Assembly: GCA_950097015.1 (NCBI GenBank) | Contig: CATNEN010000001.1 | Location: 3,162,001 to 3,226,000 of the forward strand | From: Macrostomum hystrix | Taxonomy: Eukaryota > Animalia > Platyhelminthes | Reading direction: 5' to 3' | DNA: 64,000 bases | Shown: positions 35,608 through 47,040 of the stretch, piece by piece | Layout: every line of letters begins with the position of its first letter | How positions within the stretch are numbered: position 1 is the first letter of the stretch | Notes under the pieces: generated by a model | The model's database searches: none | What the model saw: only the letters and a program-made list of their open reading frames with translations | Told to the model about the DNA's origin: nothing | Position numbers and translations under genes: made by a program

Positions 35608-38600
35608 CTAGCACATGTGAAAGCAACGGCTTTGCTCGATATTCGAACCGACGCAGGGCAGTCCGCCGTTGGTTGGCAGCGGGTTGTCGCAAAGCCGTGT
35701 TCGGGTCCGAGTTCCCGGGATGTTGCAGTCCTCAGTGGGGCTGCAACCGCTGTAGTAACTCCAGCCGCCCCAGCCGCCGTCAACTCGAGAGATGCGAAAA
35801 CGCTCGCTCAACGAACTGGACGCTCTCGGAACTCCGCCGGCGACGCTACGAGTTGCTATGGCAATGTCCAGCTCGACGCCGCGCTTGAAACCCCGAATCC
35901 AGTACTTGTAGGCTTCACCGAGTAGCTCCTGCTGGCTCTCTGCAGCCGCCGGGATGACGGCATCTTTCCTCAAGTCCGCGCCAACGACCGACCAGGTGAG
36001 AAAGAAGGAGGAGGCGGGCAGACCGAACGGGGCTCGCCTCCAGACAACAAGCAGGTCTGAGCTGTTAAGGAAACCCACTACGCTGAAGTTCATCGGTGAC
36101 TGTACAATGCCTGCAATGTATTTGGGACGAGCTTATTTGTTTATTAATTGGCAGTAACAAAATACCAAGTAGTGAGCACATGTGTACATCTCCCCTGAGA
36201 TTTTGTCAGACGGTTAATTACACTTTCACTGTGCCTTGGTCGCTGACCATCGTGGACGCAAATTGCACGAGAAGCCCCAAGCCTTCTCTCCGCAAATGAA
36301 TGTGGCCTCGCAGCGGAATCGAGCTAAGTGGCACTGCTAGATTGGAATGTCTATTGTTAAAGAGCTAGATTTTCATGATCGCGACTCACTATTGTCGCAG
36401 GCGTCCACGTTCCAGCATTGCCTACGATCGGACGCCAGCCCAGTTATGCACGGGGAACCGCCGAATTGTGGCTTTGGTTTGTCACAATCTCTGCAGTACA
36501 AAACATAACCTTGGCTGCACCGGCCTCTGGGGATTGTGTTGCACTGCGGCCCACCAAGCGATGCGGGACACGGCTTCCATTCACCCCAATGGCCGTCAAC
36601 GCGACACGTGCCAGCGAGGCAGTCCTCGTAGCCGACTGACGAGCCGACGCAGTCGGCGCCTCCACCGCTTGGCGGTGGATTTGTGCAATACCGATTGCGC
36701 ACGCGGAAGTGCCAACCGCAGGTTGCCAGACAGTTGGACCACGGATTCCATGAGTTCCAGCCTCCGTTTACCCTGGGACAGTCCGCAATATTGCAATCCG
36801 AGCTTTGAGTCTCGGTTGAGTCGGCAGGTTTAATACAGTTGTTGGGCAGCTCATCCGGCTGGCATTGTCGGATGCGGGTTCGGGTCGCACGACCGGGTCC
36901 GCATGACAAAGAGCACTGGCTCCACTCTGACCACGGCTGCCACTCTGAAATTTGTGGCTTTTTTGCACATTATATTGACTAGCTTTGATGGGACTTTTAC
37001 ATTATACCAATATTGATAGGTTGCAGAGGGATGAAACCAGGTAAAACGTCGGGGCGCGTGGGCCGAGGCACGGCACGGCCCGCCCGCTGTGCATATCTAT
37101 GGAATTCGACCATAGACAACAGCAGAGGGGGGCTGCCGTTGGTTGCAACCTCGTTTCAACACGCGTAGGTTACCTACAACAGCGTTGGTGTGCTGTTTAT
37201 GGGTAATCTCCCATAGACAGTACAGCTATGGCGGTTTTGGCCTACGGCTCGAGTGGCCTATACGATTGTACTAGCTTTTTTTGCCCGTTGTTTTTGGGGC
37301 AGAAATTTAAAGCAAAGCAGTAAGCAATTCACGTCTCTGTATTAACTTTATAGTGAAGGTCACCATTTATTTATTTACTGCATTAATGAAAAGTGAAGAG
37401 TTTGTTTAAGGGCGTTTTAAGTAAAAAATAAGTGAAAAGTTTGTCCAAACAGCCCCCTCTTGATTACTTCTTTAGAAACATGTCTCTTAGCCACTCCTCT
37501 ATACAGTCAGTGGCAGATCCAGGAATTTTGTTTTGGGGCGGTCTGTCAGGGGAGCGCCATGAGAATCACAGAGGGGGTGCCAGCGGCCGAAAAAGGGCGC
37601 CAGGAGCCAAGAAAGGGCGCCAGCGGCTGAAAAACGGGAGCCAGCGGCTGAAAAAGGGGCGCCAGCGGCCGAAAAGGGGCGCCAGTGCTGCGACTGGCGC
37701 CCCTGGTGGGGGCATCTTATTCCCATGATTAAAATTTAGGGGGGCAACTGCCCCCCGCCCCCCCCCTAAATCTGCCTCTGTATACAGTATGCATGTGCAC
37801 GCGTATACATAAGGAAAATAGCCATGGCATAACAATAACAATGTCAAAGAAACAAAATTAAACTGTTTCAGAGTTCAGAGTTAGACAGGTCAAGGTCAAT
37901 TCGTGACTACTTTTCTATTAATTGCTTGCGAGTCACCTCAAGGCCTGGGGATACACCACATTCTTCGTTCTTCCCCTTGGTGCGAAAATGAATAGGCCAG
38001 CTGGAGTTCCAACACGGGAGCAGGCGACATAAAGCTGCCCATGCGAGAAGCAAGGAGTCTCCAGGTTGATGCCAGCCACCTTCAGCGACTGTCCCTGAGC
38101 CTTGTTAATAGTCATCGCAAAGCACACTCTCACAGGGAACTGCAGTCGCTTGAACTGAAATGGCAGGTCCGTGGGGATAATTGGAATCCGGGGAACGAAC
38201 ACAGACTCTCCTCTGCCAGATCCAGTCATTATCGTGGCCTCAATCACGTGTGGGAAGAGCCGCCTGACTATCAGTCTGGTGCCGTTACACAGCCTTGGCG
38301 CATTCAGGTTGCGGAGGAGCATAATTGGTGCCCCAACTTTCAGCTGCAAGTTGTGCGATGGAGTTCCAGGAGGATCTAGAGAGTTCAGAAACTCAACAGG
38401 ATACTCCACAGCGGTGTCATCAGTCAACGTTGTATCAATTGACTTGTAGGTGAAAACTGCACCTGGCAACTCCTGAAGCAGTTGGTAGTTAATTTCGTTG
38501 GCGGCATCATTTCTAGGACACAGAATTGCCCTCTCTGACAGCCAGTCAACGTCAGCATATCGAACCATCAGGTTCGGGTAAACTTTTGCCTTGAGCTCCT

Positions 38601-41600
38601 GCACTGACTGCACAATGTTTCCGATTGTAGCGATCGATGACTGCCCATCCTCGGTGCTAATCTCCAGCAGACCATTGCCGATTCGCAATAGATTGGCAGA
38701 GAACTCATGAGCTGTTTCGTCTCCTTGAATTGTAGCTCTCATGTTTGTTCGTAGGTGCAACTTCACAACCGATGGCCACAGGTGAGATGATTTTAGGCAA
38801 GCATTAATCTCATCAGCAGGAGTGCCACGCGGAATCACAGGCAGCGTCTGTCTAAAGTCTCCAGACAGCAGCAGAGTGACACCACCCATCAGTTGATCGC
38901 CAGCCTCTCTCTTTCTTCTACCCCAGGCTGGCTGGAGAGAAATATCGCCCTGCGCACTGGGACGCCACCGCACTCACCGCACTCAGTCTCAGTGCTGCTT
39001 GGGGGCCAGTAGACAGTCTAGGGGTTTGGGCTGTGTACATTCACGGCTTGAAATACAATGTACAGTCTGGGGCTTCGGCGCCCGGGGAAGGGAGGGGGTG
39101 GCTGTAATAAAATTTGGCCCGCAGAGTGGCGGAGGGGAGTTGGGGTGGCTGTCCTCGGAAAACAAAAAGTGACTCACTTTGAGATGATGCAGCTTTGCTC
39201 TGGATTGAGTAGAGATGTTCAAAATTGACAGCATTGTTGGAAAACATGTAAAGTGTAAGTGGATCAAATTTGGAGAAAATCTGACAAAGTGGGGCGACGA
39301 TATGTCGAATTGAGTGATTTTTTGACGATTTTTGAGCAGTTTTTTGCACTTTGAGCAGGAAGGAAATGATTTTTCGGGAATTTGAGTAGCCTATTGCACT
39401 CAGCGTAGGTGGTTTTAGGTATGTGCAAAGTTTGGTGCGATTTGGTTGAGCGGTTTCGGCGTCTATAAAGACAAAAGGTTGCACACAGACAGACAGACAG
39501 ACAGACAGAGTTTTCACTTTTATATATATAGATGTAACCATTATTATGATTGTATGTACTCGAATGTAACAAAAATAAATAAAGACACGAGAGCGAAGAG
39601 CCTAGAAGGAGCTAACGAAAAGCTCGATTGTGAATCTCTATAGATTCAAAAAGACCCCGATCCTCCGTTTCTCATAATAGAAATCAAGAAGGAAAATAGC
39701 TAGTTGCATGGGTGCTGTGAGCAGACAATTCTGCAAATTTTTCTGAATCCTGAGTATACACACATAGCTTTAACAGCCCCTCTCGACTCTTTTATCATAG
39801 GCTTACCCAGCAGCCACACAAGGCTTACCTGCCACGCTTGGACATTGAACATCTTCGTTGCAGTCGCGAGTTTCCTCTGAGACGCCCTGTTCTGAGCTGC
39901 AGTTTGCTGTCGACGGTGCTGGCTCCAGCTGTTCAGTCAGGCACTGGCGGCTGCGAGTCTGCCTACCGCCGACGCAGGTCTGTGAACAATCAGCCCAGTT
40001 TGACCAACGTGTCCACTGCACAGCAGCTGGGTTAAGAATTGTAAGGGAAGCGTTAACAGTAGAAAGACCACGCCATCCCCCCTTGAGAAAGAGCACGAGG
40101 ATATTTAAATGCTATTTAAACTGTCTACTTCACGATCACTTCCAAACCGAATAAACTATTCGTGAACGTCCACCACATGGATCAAAAACTTGCGTCCTTG
40201 ACGATGATCTAGTGTTCAAAGCTACACTGTAGCTACACTATAGTTTCAATACTCGAGCTCTCGGAAAAGTAATTTGCGAATTGACAAAACAGACAGCTAT
40301 TTGTCTGAGAACCTTACGCGGACATTGGACTTCGTTGCAGGCCTCAGTTTGCAGCCATTCGCCAGGACAGCCAGCCTGCGACGGATTCCAGTCTGATGAG
40401 CTGACACATTCGCGAAGCCTGCTAGAGACACCCTGCTGGCCGCATGTGGCTGAGCACTTGGACCAGGAGGACCAGGAGGACCACTCGAAAGTAACTGCGA
40501 CGGGTTTTTTAGTTTCGGGAGTTCACGATATTCAAGATCTAGTCACTCTGAACTGATAAGGATCTATTTATTCATTCTGAACTGTTTAGGATCTATTTAT
40601 TGTCTCTGAACTGTTCAAGATCTAGTAACTCTTAACTACTCAGGATCTAGTCACTCTGAACTGCTCAGGATCTAGTCACTCTAAACTACTCAGGATCTAG
40701 TCACTCTGAACTGCTCAGGATCTAGTCACTCTAAACTACTCAGGATCTAGTCACTCTGAACTGCTCAGGATCTAGTCACTCTAAACTACTCAGGATCTAG
40801 TCACTCTGAACTGTTCAGGATCTAGTCACTCTAAACTGTTCAGGATCTAGTCACTCTGAACTGCTCAGGATCTAGTCACTCTTAACTACTCAGGACTTAG
40901 TCACTCTTAACTGTTCAGGATCTAGTTACTCTAAACTGCTCATGACTTACACTCGAAAGTGTTCAGGATCTAGTCACTCTAAACTGCTCAGGACTTAGTC
41001 ACTCGAAAGTGTTCAGGATCTAGTTACTCTAAACTGCTCAGGACTTAGTCACTCGAAAGTGTTCAGGATCTACTCACTAACACCACGTCACGGCCTCACT
41101 TTCCAAGCATTCTAAACGCATTCACGCAAAGCCAGCTTCAGTCTCAAAGCCACTCACCAACGCAGGCAGTGCCACAGTTCCTGCTTTCAGTCTCCACCTC
41201 GTTTGGCAGCAAAACTCTGTTTCTGGAACTGCAGTTTGTACAAGGGACTATAATCTAAATTGCTGGCATGGTTGCACTGCTTTTTATAGATACTAGCTGT
41301 TAGTTTCAATGATAAACTTGCTGCACCTGCTGAATTGACAAGCATTCTTACGCATTTTGCTCGTAGTTTATAAATCATTAAAGACTGTAATTCTCGTAGT
41401 TCTCTTAGTAGTTAAATACCGCTACATATTCTTCGATTACGAGTACGATTACTTAGCGATTAAAGAGATCTAACACTTTTTCAAGATTTCATTTCTTTCG
41501 CAAAATACTTGCAAGAGAAAAAGCAAAACAAAAATAGTAATAAAAATTAAATTCACCTGCCCCTATTGGGCCAGATGTGCAGCCGACAGCACATTCGCAG

Positions 41601-41872
41601 CTATTGCGCAGCTCATATCTGAAGGCTGCGTACGGCTGTTCAGTCCATGGACTGTGGGAACGCTACGACCTGCACCCTCAATTACCCCAGCTGATGCTGG
41701 TATCCATTTAACAACCCGAGGGAATCGAACCCCCGACCTACCGAGTCTGCTTGCCGATGCCGCATGAACTGACACTGCATTGGCTCCATTCGGTCCAGTC
41801 TGACATTGGGTTTTCATCCACCCGAGCTGTCTGCCGTCCGGAACTTAAGCAAGCCTGACCAAAGTTAAGCAT

Positions 41873-41903
<31 letters not shown>

Positions 41904-41911
41904 AGCTTCAT
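35608..41911 (-). CDS. Secreted thrombospondin type-1 repeat protein with FN3 domain, copy A (~557 aa: signal peptide-TSP1x6-FN3-TSP1); exons 41911-41742, 41228-41158, 40494-40318, 40026-39829, 36944-36390, 36110-35608
   Basis: MK(L)11MLNFGQAC signal peptide; repeated WxxWxxWxxCSxxCG..R.R.C motifs; FN3-like segment SPMNFSV..SSDLLVVW..P..FFLTW..YWIRGF..G..LDIAIAT..AG. All introns GT-AG with phases 2,1,1,1,1 joining without stops (1674 nt). Confidence 0.88.
36172..36330 (-). mobile_element. SINE family 2 fragment in TSP1 gene intron 5 (duplicated at 52252-52410)
   Basis: Matches 19980-20135 (TGTGTACATC..TTCACTGTGCCTTGG..AATTGCACGA.AAGCCCC.AAGCCTTCTCTCCGC..GGAATCGA). Confidence 0.75.
37508..37780. 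mobile_element. hAT-type MITE nested in the Helitron
   Basis: Imperfect TIRs CAGTGGCAGATCCAG / CTAAATCTGCCTCTG; perfect 8-bp TSD TATACAGT (37500-37507, 37781-37788); internal GGGCGCCAGCGGC repeats. Confidence 0.88.
37933..38895 (-). CDS. Helitron PIF1-like helicase, C-terminal fragment (no Rep domain, no Walker A/B)
   Basis: GDFRQTLPV, L.TNMR, RAILCPRN, LKVGAPIMLLRNL..LCNGTRL, FKRLQFPV..FAMTINKAQGQSL, FSHGQLYVACSRV, KNVVY. Confidence 0.88.
   Translation of the reverse strand, partial: QLMGGVTLLLSGDFRQTLPVIPRGTPADEINACLKSSHLWPSVVKLHLRTNMRATIQGDETAHEFSANLLRIGNGLLEISTEDGQSSIATIGNIVQSVQELKAKVYPNLMVRYADVDWLSERAILCPRNDAANEINYQLLQELPGAVFTYKSIDTTLTDDTAVEYPVEFLNSLDPPGTPSHNLQLKVGAPIMLLRNLNAPRLCNGTRLIVRRLFPHVIEATIMTGSGRGESVFVPRIPIIPTDLPFQFKRLQFPVRVCFAMTINKAQGQSLKVAGINLETPCFSHGQLYVACSRVGTPAGLFIFAPRGRTKNVVYPQALR
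40530..41078. repeat. 25-bp minisatellite (TCAGGATCTAGTCACTCTRAACTRC), partly a 50-bp dimer; TSP1 gene intron 2
   Basis: Tandem repeat; only ~4-5 units at the paralogous site 54195-54305. Confidence 0.92.
41553..41740 (-). mobile_element. Internally deleted SINE family 1 copy abutting the exon 1 donor (duplicated at 54799-54986)
   Basis: Minus strand AGGTCGGGGGTTCGATTCC joined to TGTTAAATGGATACCAGCATCAGCTGGG ... GCACATCTGGCCCAATAGGGCAGGTG, matching 27305-27550. Confidence 0.8.
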
Positions 41912-42602
41912 CGTTCCGATCGCAGCTTTGCTAAATCGTTGATTGAAACAGTTAACAAGCAGAGCAGACATTATTATTATTGATTTGGCAATTGCTACTT
42001 GGCTGAAGCAGTCGTGTAGGATCTGCAATCAATGAACAGACCAAAGCTTTGCGCATTTAATAACTCACCCCCGACAAATTGCTTCTTCACTGGCATTGGC
42101 CAGAACAAGAGCGTTGGCTACTATTTACCCAGTGCCTAATCTAGAAGCATTGGTTATCTCTGTACGCAGTGGACCGGAAGGGTAAACATATAAATATATA
42201 TATACCTATAATTTATCATGATAAGGCTTGGAAGTCACCTTTTCTGCCGCGCCTATAAGTATTAATAGCAAATATTGGGCTGCAAGCTAAATTTTGCAGC
42301 GTCTAAACAATTGCTTGTCAGGTAGGATACCTGGTAGCAAGGGAGGAAACAAAATACGTCTAAACTAAAGACCGAAAACCTGAAATGTTTTACAGACGTA
42401 AAATACTCGCGATTGAAAAATGCGAAAACGGGCTTCTTCACGAAATTTTTATAGTAAAACTAATCTAAACTATTAGTAGATTCTAGAAATGAATATAAAC
42501 TAAACTAGTCGATCTGAAAGTATAAAATTCAGCTAGCTATTGCTTAAATAATAACAATATATATGAATACTAAGATAATAGGGCAAAGCGGTCAAATACG
42601 TT

Positions 42603-42872
42603 GTCTCTCGCATTACTGAGCTCGTTGCGAGACCACATTAAATTGGGGCGCAGCTGCGGAGAGAAGGCTTGGGGGCTTGTCGTGCAGTTTACGCCCTTGA
42701 GGACCAACCTCCAAGGCACAGTGAGAGTGACGATGAGAAAGTCAGGTTAGATGTACACACCTGTGTGCGCGTGTGCTCAGAAATCAGCGGAATGGGCAGA
42801 ACTGCCTGCTCACTGGCTGCGGGTCTATATAGTGTCACCAAATGATGTACCATTGCCCGCAGCCCTCCTGCG
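42603..42872 (+). mobile_element. SINE family 2 copy
   Basis: TTGGGGCGCAGCTGCGGAGAGAAGGCTTGGGGGCTTGTCGTGC ... GCGGAATGGGCAGAACTGCC ... GCCCGCAGCCCTCCTGC matches 19830-20188 (-). Confidence 0.82.
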
Positions 42873-42929
42873 TCACCGATTGTTCCTCGGAACCAATAGG
42901 TTTTAACAAATAAAAAATGTAGCCAAAAA

Positions 42930-43055
42930 CTTACCCATTTAGCAGCTGGGTGAGCTGAGTTAAGTGTCTTCCTAAAGGCATAAATGATTTCAGTCGAGTT
43001 AAGAATCGAACCACGACAGTCAAGTTATGAGTCCACTATTGGCTGCAACCACACG
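42930..43055 (-). mobile_element. Degenerate SINE family 1 fragment
   Basis: Reverse complement has GGTTCGATTC..GCCTTTAGGAAGACACTTAACTC..CTCACCCAGCTGCTAAATGGGTA. Confidence 0.6.
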
Positions 43056-44049
43056 CTTACACGGGACAATAGCTACTAATAAATATGTTTCTGATCACTT
43101 CCACCAATCTTAGTTCACTTAGTTAGCCCCACTCGTTCATTTCGTCCACTAATGAAAAACCGGCTTTTCCAGCGATGCATGCAATGTTATTATATAATGC
43201 GCACTAAATACAAGTCTTAATCAGTAAAAGTACAGACAAGTATTTTCGTACGCAGCTACCATAATATCACAGTCAAGATCTTATAGCTTGCAATTTAATG
43301 GCTGTCAATTCATTGTACTTTATCGTCGACGTTTTAAAGACGAACGTACAAACTTGTACACTATGTTTGATTCAATGGTCTCTGCAGTTGTCACATAGGA
43401 GGTTGCATCGTGGAACAATATTTAAAATGCTTTTAAATGTGCATTTGATTTATATAATTATTATTAATTGCCACTATCAGAAAACTGAAATCATCAAACC
43501 CTCCACAATTCATAACACCATTCCTATCTATTTGAAATCTACAATTGTAGCGTATATTATTTATAAGTCTAATTACTTCAGGCTTCTATGAGTAGTTTCA
43601 TTATTTTTTATGCCAACAGGAAGTCAAGTTCAGAATGCTTTCAAAAGCATTCCACAAATGAAAATACACTCGTGTCACGCAAATTTTCAAAAATCGTTGC
43701 AAAATTCTGGATCGGTGAGTTTAGTTATAATCGTCGTCAACTCACGAGATTTAAAATCCAGATTCTTCTTTTAGCTTTAAATAGCTTGCTTTGCTATTTG
43801 GTTGGTTTGCATGCTTAGAATTTTAACTAGATTGCCAGTCAAAATTATGTACTTCAGAAACAACTGTTCTATATAGACTTTTTTATGGAAACTTAATTGT
43901 ACCCCAAAAATCGATCGAAGTCGAGACAAGGTTTGAAAATATATCTGCTGCAGTTTTCAGGGATAGAAAGTAGGAGGAGAGGTCTCGCTAACAGGAAGAA
44001 ATATAAAAGCCCAATCTGTGCAATTGATTTTTTCAGCATATCAATTTAA

Positions 44050-46050
44050 ATTATTGCTACTCTATCAAAAAATCATGCTATCTTTTCGATGAGTAATGCT
44101 ATCCCACGCGCTAGATCATTCTACCCCTCAATAAATCATGCTACAGCCTTAAAAGCATGCTACTTATTTCCTGGATAAATCATGCCACCCATTCTATAAT
44201 TCATGCTACTCATTTAATAAATCATGCTATTCCTCGATAATTTATGCTACCACCTCGATAATTTATGCTACCACCTCGATCATTTATGCTACCACCTCGA
44301 TCATTTATGCTACCACCTCGATCATTTATGCTACCACCTCGATAATTTATGCTACCACCTCGATCATTTATGCTACCACCTCGATCATTTATGCTACCAC
44401 CTCGATCATTTATGCTACCACCTCGATAATTTATGCTACCACCTCGATAATTTATGCTACCACCTCGATCATTTATGCTACCACCTCGATCATTTATGCT
44501 ACCACCTCGATAATTTATGCTACCACCTCGATAATTTATGCTACCACCTCGATAATTTATGCTACCACCTCGATCATTTATGCTACCACCTCGATAATTT
44601 ATGCTACCACCTCGATAATTTATGCTACCACCTCGATAATTTATGCTACCACCTCGATAATTTATGCTACAGCCTTAAAAGCATGCTACTTATTTCCTGG
44701 ATAAATCATGCCACCCATTCTATAATTCATGCTACTCATTTAATAAATCATGCTATTCCTCGATAATTTATGCTACCACCTCGATAATTTATGCTACAGC
44801 CTTAAAAGCATGCTACTTATTTCCTGGATAAATCATGCCACCCATTCTATAATTCATGCTACTCATTTAATAAATCATGCTATTCCTCGATAATTTATGC
44901 TACCACCTCGATAATTTATGCTACCACCTCGATAATTTATGCTACCACCTCGATAATTTATGCTACCACCTCGATAATTTATGCTACCACCTCGATAATT
45001 TATGCTACAGCCTTAAAAGCATGCTACTTATTTCCTGGATAAATCATGCCACCCATTCTATAATTCATGCTACTCATTTAATAAATCATGCTATTCCTCG
45101 ATAATTTATGCTACCACCTCGATAATTTATGCTACCACCTCGATAAATCAAGTTTCCCCATCGATCATTCATGCTTCCCTCTCAGCAAATCATGCTTCCC
45201 TATTGATAATTATACAATGTTCTGAAGAGTATTTGCAAGTAAATCGAAAAATATAGATTTGATTGCACTATTTTAAAATTATAGCATGAGAATTTAGGGT
45301 TGCACCGCAAGATATCAAGATAAAAAGTGCTATGTAAAGAAGGGGTAGCTTGATGTATCGAGGGGTATAGCTTGATATATCGAGGGGGTAGCTTGATATA
45401 TCGAGGGTGTAGCTTGATATATCGAGGGGGTAGCTTGATATATCGAGGGGTAGCTTGATATATCGAGGGAGTAGCTTGATATCATGGAGGGTGTAGCTTG
45501 ATTTATCGAGGGGTAGCTTGATATATCGAGGGAGTAGCTTGATATCATGGAGGGTGTAGCTTGATTTATCGAGGGGTAGCTTGATATATCGAGGGAGTAG
45601 CTTGATATATCGAGCGGGTAGCTTGATATATCGAGGGAGTAGCTTGATATCATGGAGGGTGTAGCTTGATTTATCGAGGGTGTAGCTTGATATATCGAGG
45701 GTGTAGCTTGATATATCGAGGGTGTAGCTTGATATATCGAGGGTGTAGCTTGATATATCGAGGGTGTAGCTTGATATATCGAGCGGGTAGCTTGATATAT
45801 CGAGGGGGTAGCTTGATATATCGAGCGGGTAGCTTGATATATCGAGGGTGTAGCTTGATATATCGAGGGTGTAGCTTGATATATCGAGGGGGTAGCTTGA
45901 TATATCGAGCGGGTAGCTTGATATATCGAGGGTGTAACTTGATATATCGAGGGGGTAGCTTGATATATCGAGGGGTAGCATAAATTATCGACGGGACAGC
46001 ATAAATTATCGGCGGGACAGCATAAATTATCGGCGGGACAGCATAAATGA
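44050..46050. repeat. Foldback-like pair of inverted 21-bp arrays (left CCTCGATAATTTATGCTACCA; right GGGTAGCTTGATATATCGAGG) around a ~140-bp spacer; paralogue at 59295-60355
   Basis: Reverse complement of the right unit (CCTCGATATATCAAGCTACCC) aligns with the left unit; the left arm also has a ~105-130-bp higher-order repeat. Confidence 0.85.
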
Positions 46051-47040
46051 TGTTACACAACTCCGCAACTCAACCCCGTGATCTCAAACACTGTTATCCC
46101 AGATTCCAAACAATGTCATCCCTGATCCAAAATAGTGTCATTTCTTACCCCAAACACAGTCATCCCTATAATCTGTAATAATGTCATCCCTGATCCCAAA
46201 CACTGTGATCCCCAATCCCCAACACTGTCCGTGAGGCCGGTATCCTCCGACAAGGTGGCTGCCTTGCGTTCCCTGAGACCTCAAGCGTGGCAGGGGCGGC
46301 GGGGCCCGGGCTAGCGTGGCAATTGACGTTTTCTGGCGTTGCCATAGCGCCCGCTCGAACGCGTTAATTGGCCTATCGTGAAGTAGGCAGTGGGTGTTAG
46401 AAATACCCCGTTGTCTCCCCCAGCGAAAATTATGTGGTCTTTCTACTGTTAGCCACAGACAGAACACTGGCCATGGACGAAAATCTGGATTACCGCCATC
46501 GACGATAATTCAAGGGTCGAATTTAATGAACGGTCTTCAAATAAAACTTCACATACAGGTCTGGAGTTCGAATCCTAAAGACAACAAAAAGTGTTCTTTA
46601 AAAAGAAAGGCTTAGGTATCATTTTTATTTTATTCCCTAACAGCAGGAATTTTTACTACACCGTAAAGTTCCTCAATTAAGAACATAAGCAATATGCGGC
46701 AATTGACTTCGAAAAATGTTGCTTGATAAAAGTTCTTTTTTTATTCATTCTTTCTTTTTGTTTTTAAGATGTTACGAGACAAAAGCCTGTAATTTTGTTT
46801 TAACGTAGCAGATTGCTTGTCCTAGTGTCCAAGGCATTAACCCTTAGTGCTTTTATAGTGACCTCGATTATACCAATGCCAGTAGAATCAAACACAATCT
46901 TCGTTGAGATCTTTTAAATATATATTTGTATCTGTGGAATATATTTTTTGTTAAAAGTAAAATATAAATAACTAATTTAAATGTGCAACTGCTTAAAAAT
47001 TATTGGCTTAAAAGTTTCTTTATAAACTTAAACAAGATAG

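Larger units (their letters stand above)
37271..39532 (-). mobile_element. Helitron, internally deleted (non-autonomous), 2262 bp
   Basis: Minus strand starts TCTATATATATAAAAG and ends GCCC..GGGC-AAAAAAAG-CTAG. Inserted between A and T with no TSD. The empty site is present in copy B (~53341). Carries a PIF1 helicase C-terminus. Confidence 0.93.
35321..46365 (+). repeat. Segmental duplication copy A (paralogous to 51401-60932)
   Basis: Near-identity starts at TTTCCCGTTTTGCATGTCCA (35321 and 51401). Collinear blocks 35321-42190 = 51401-55430 and 43915-46365 = 59160-60932. Confidence 0.95.

Noticed and set aside
41229-41330. Upstream acceptor giving a longer TSP1 exon 2 (RRCSKF..)
   Set aside because: In-frame TAG in both copies; the acceptor at 41228 keeps the frame open.
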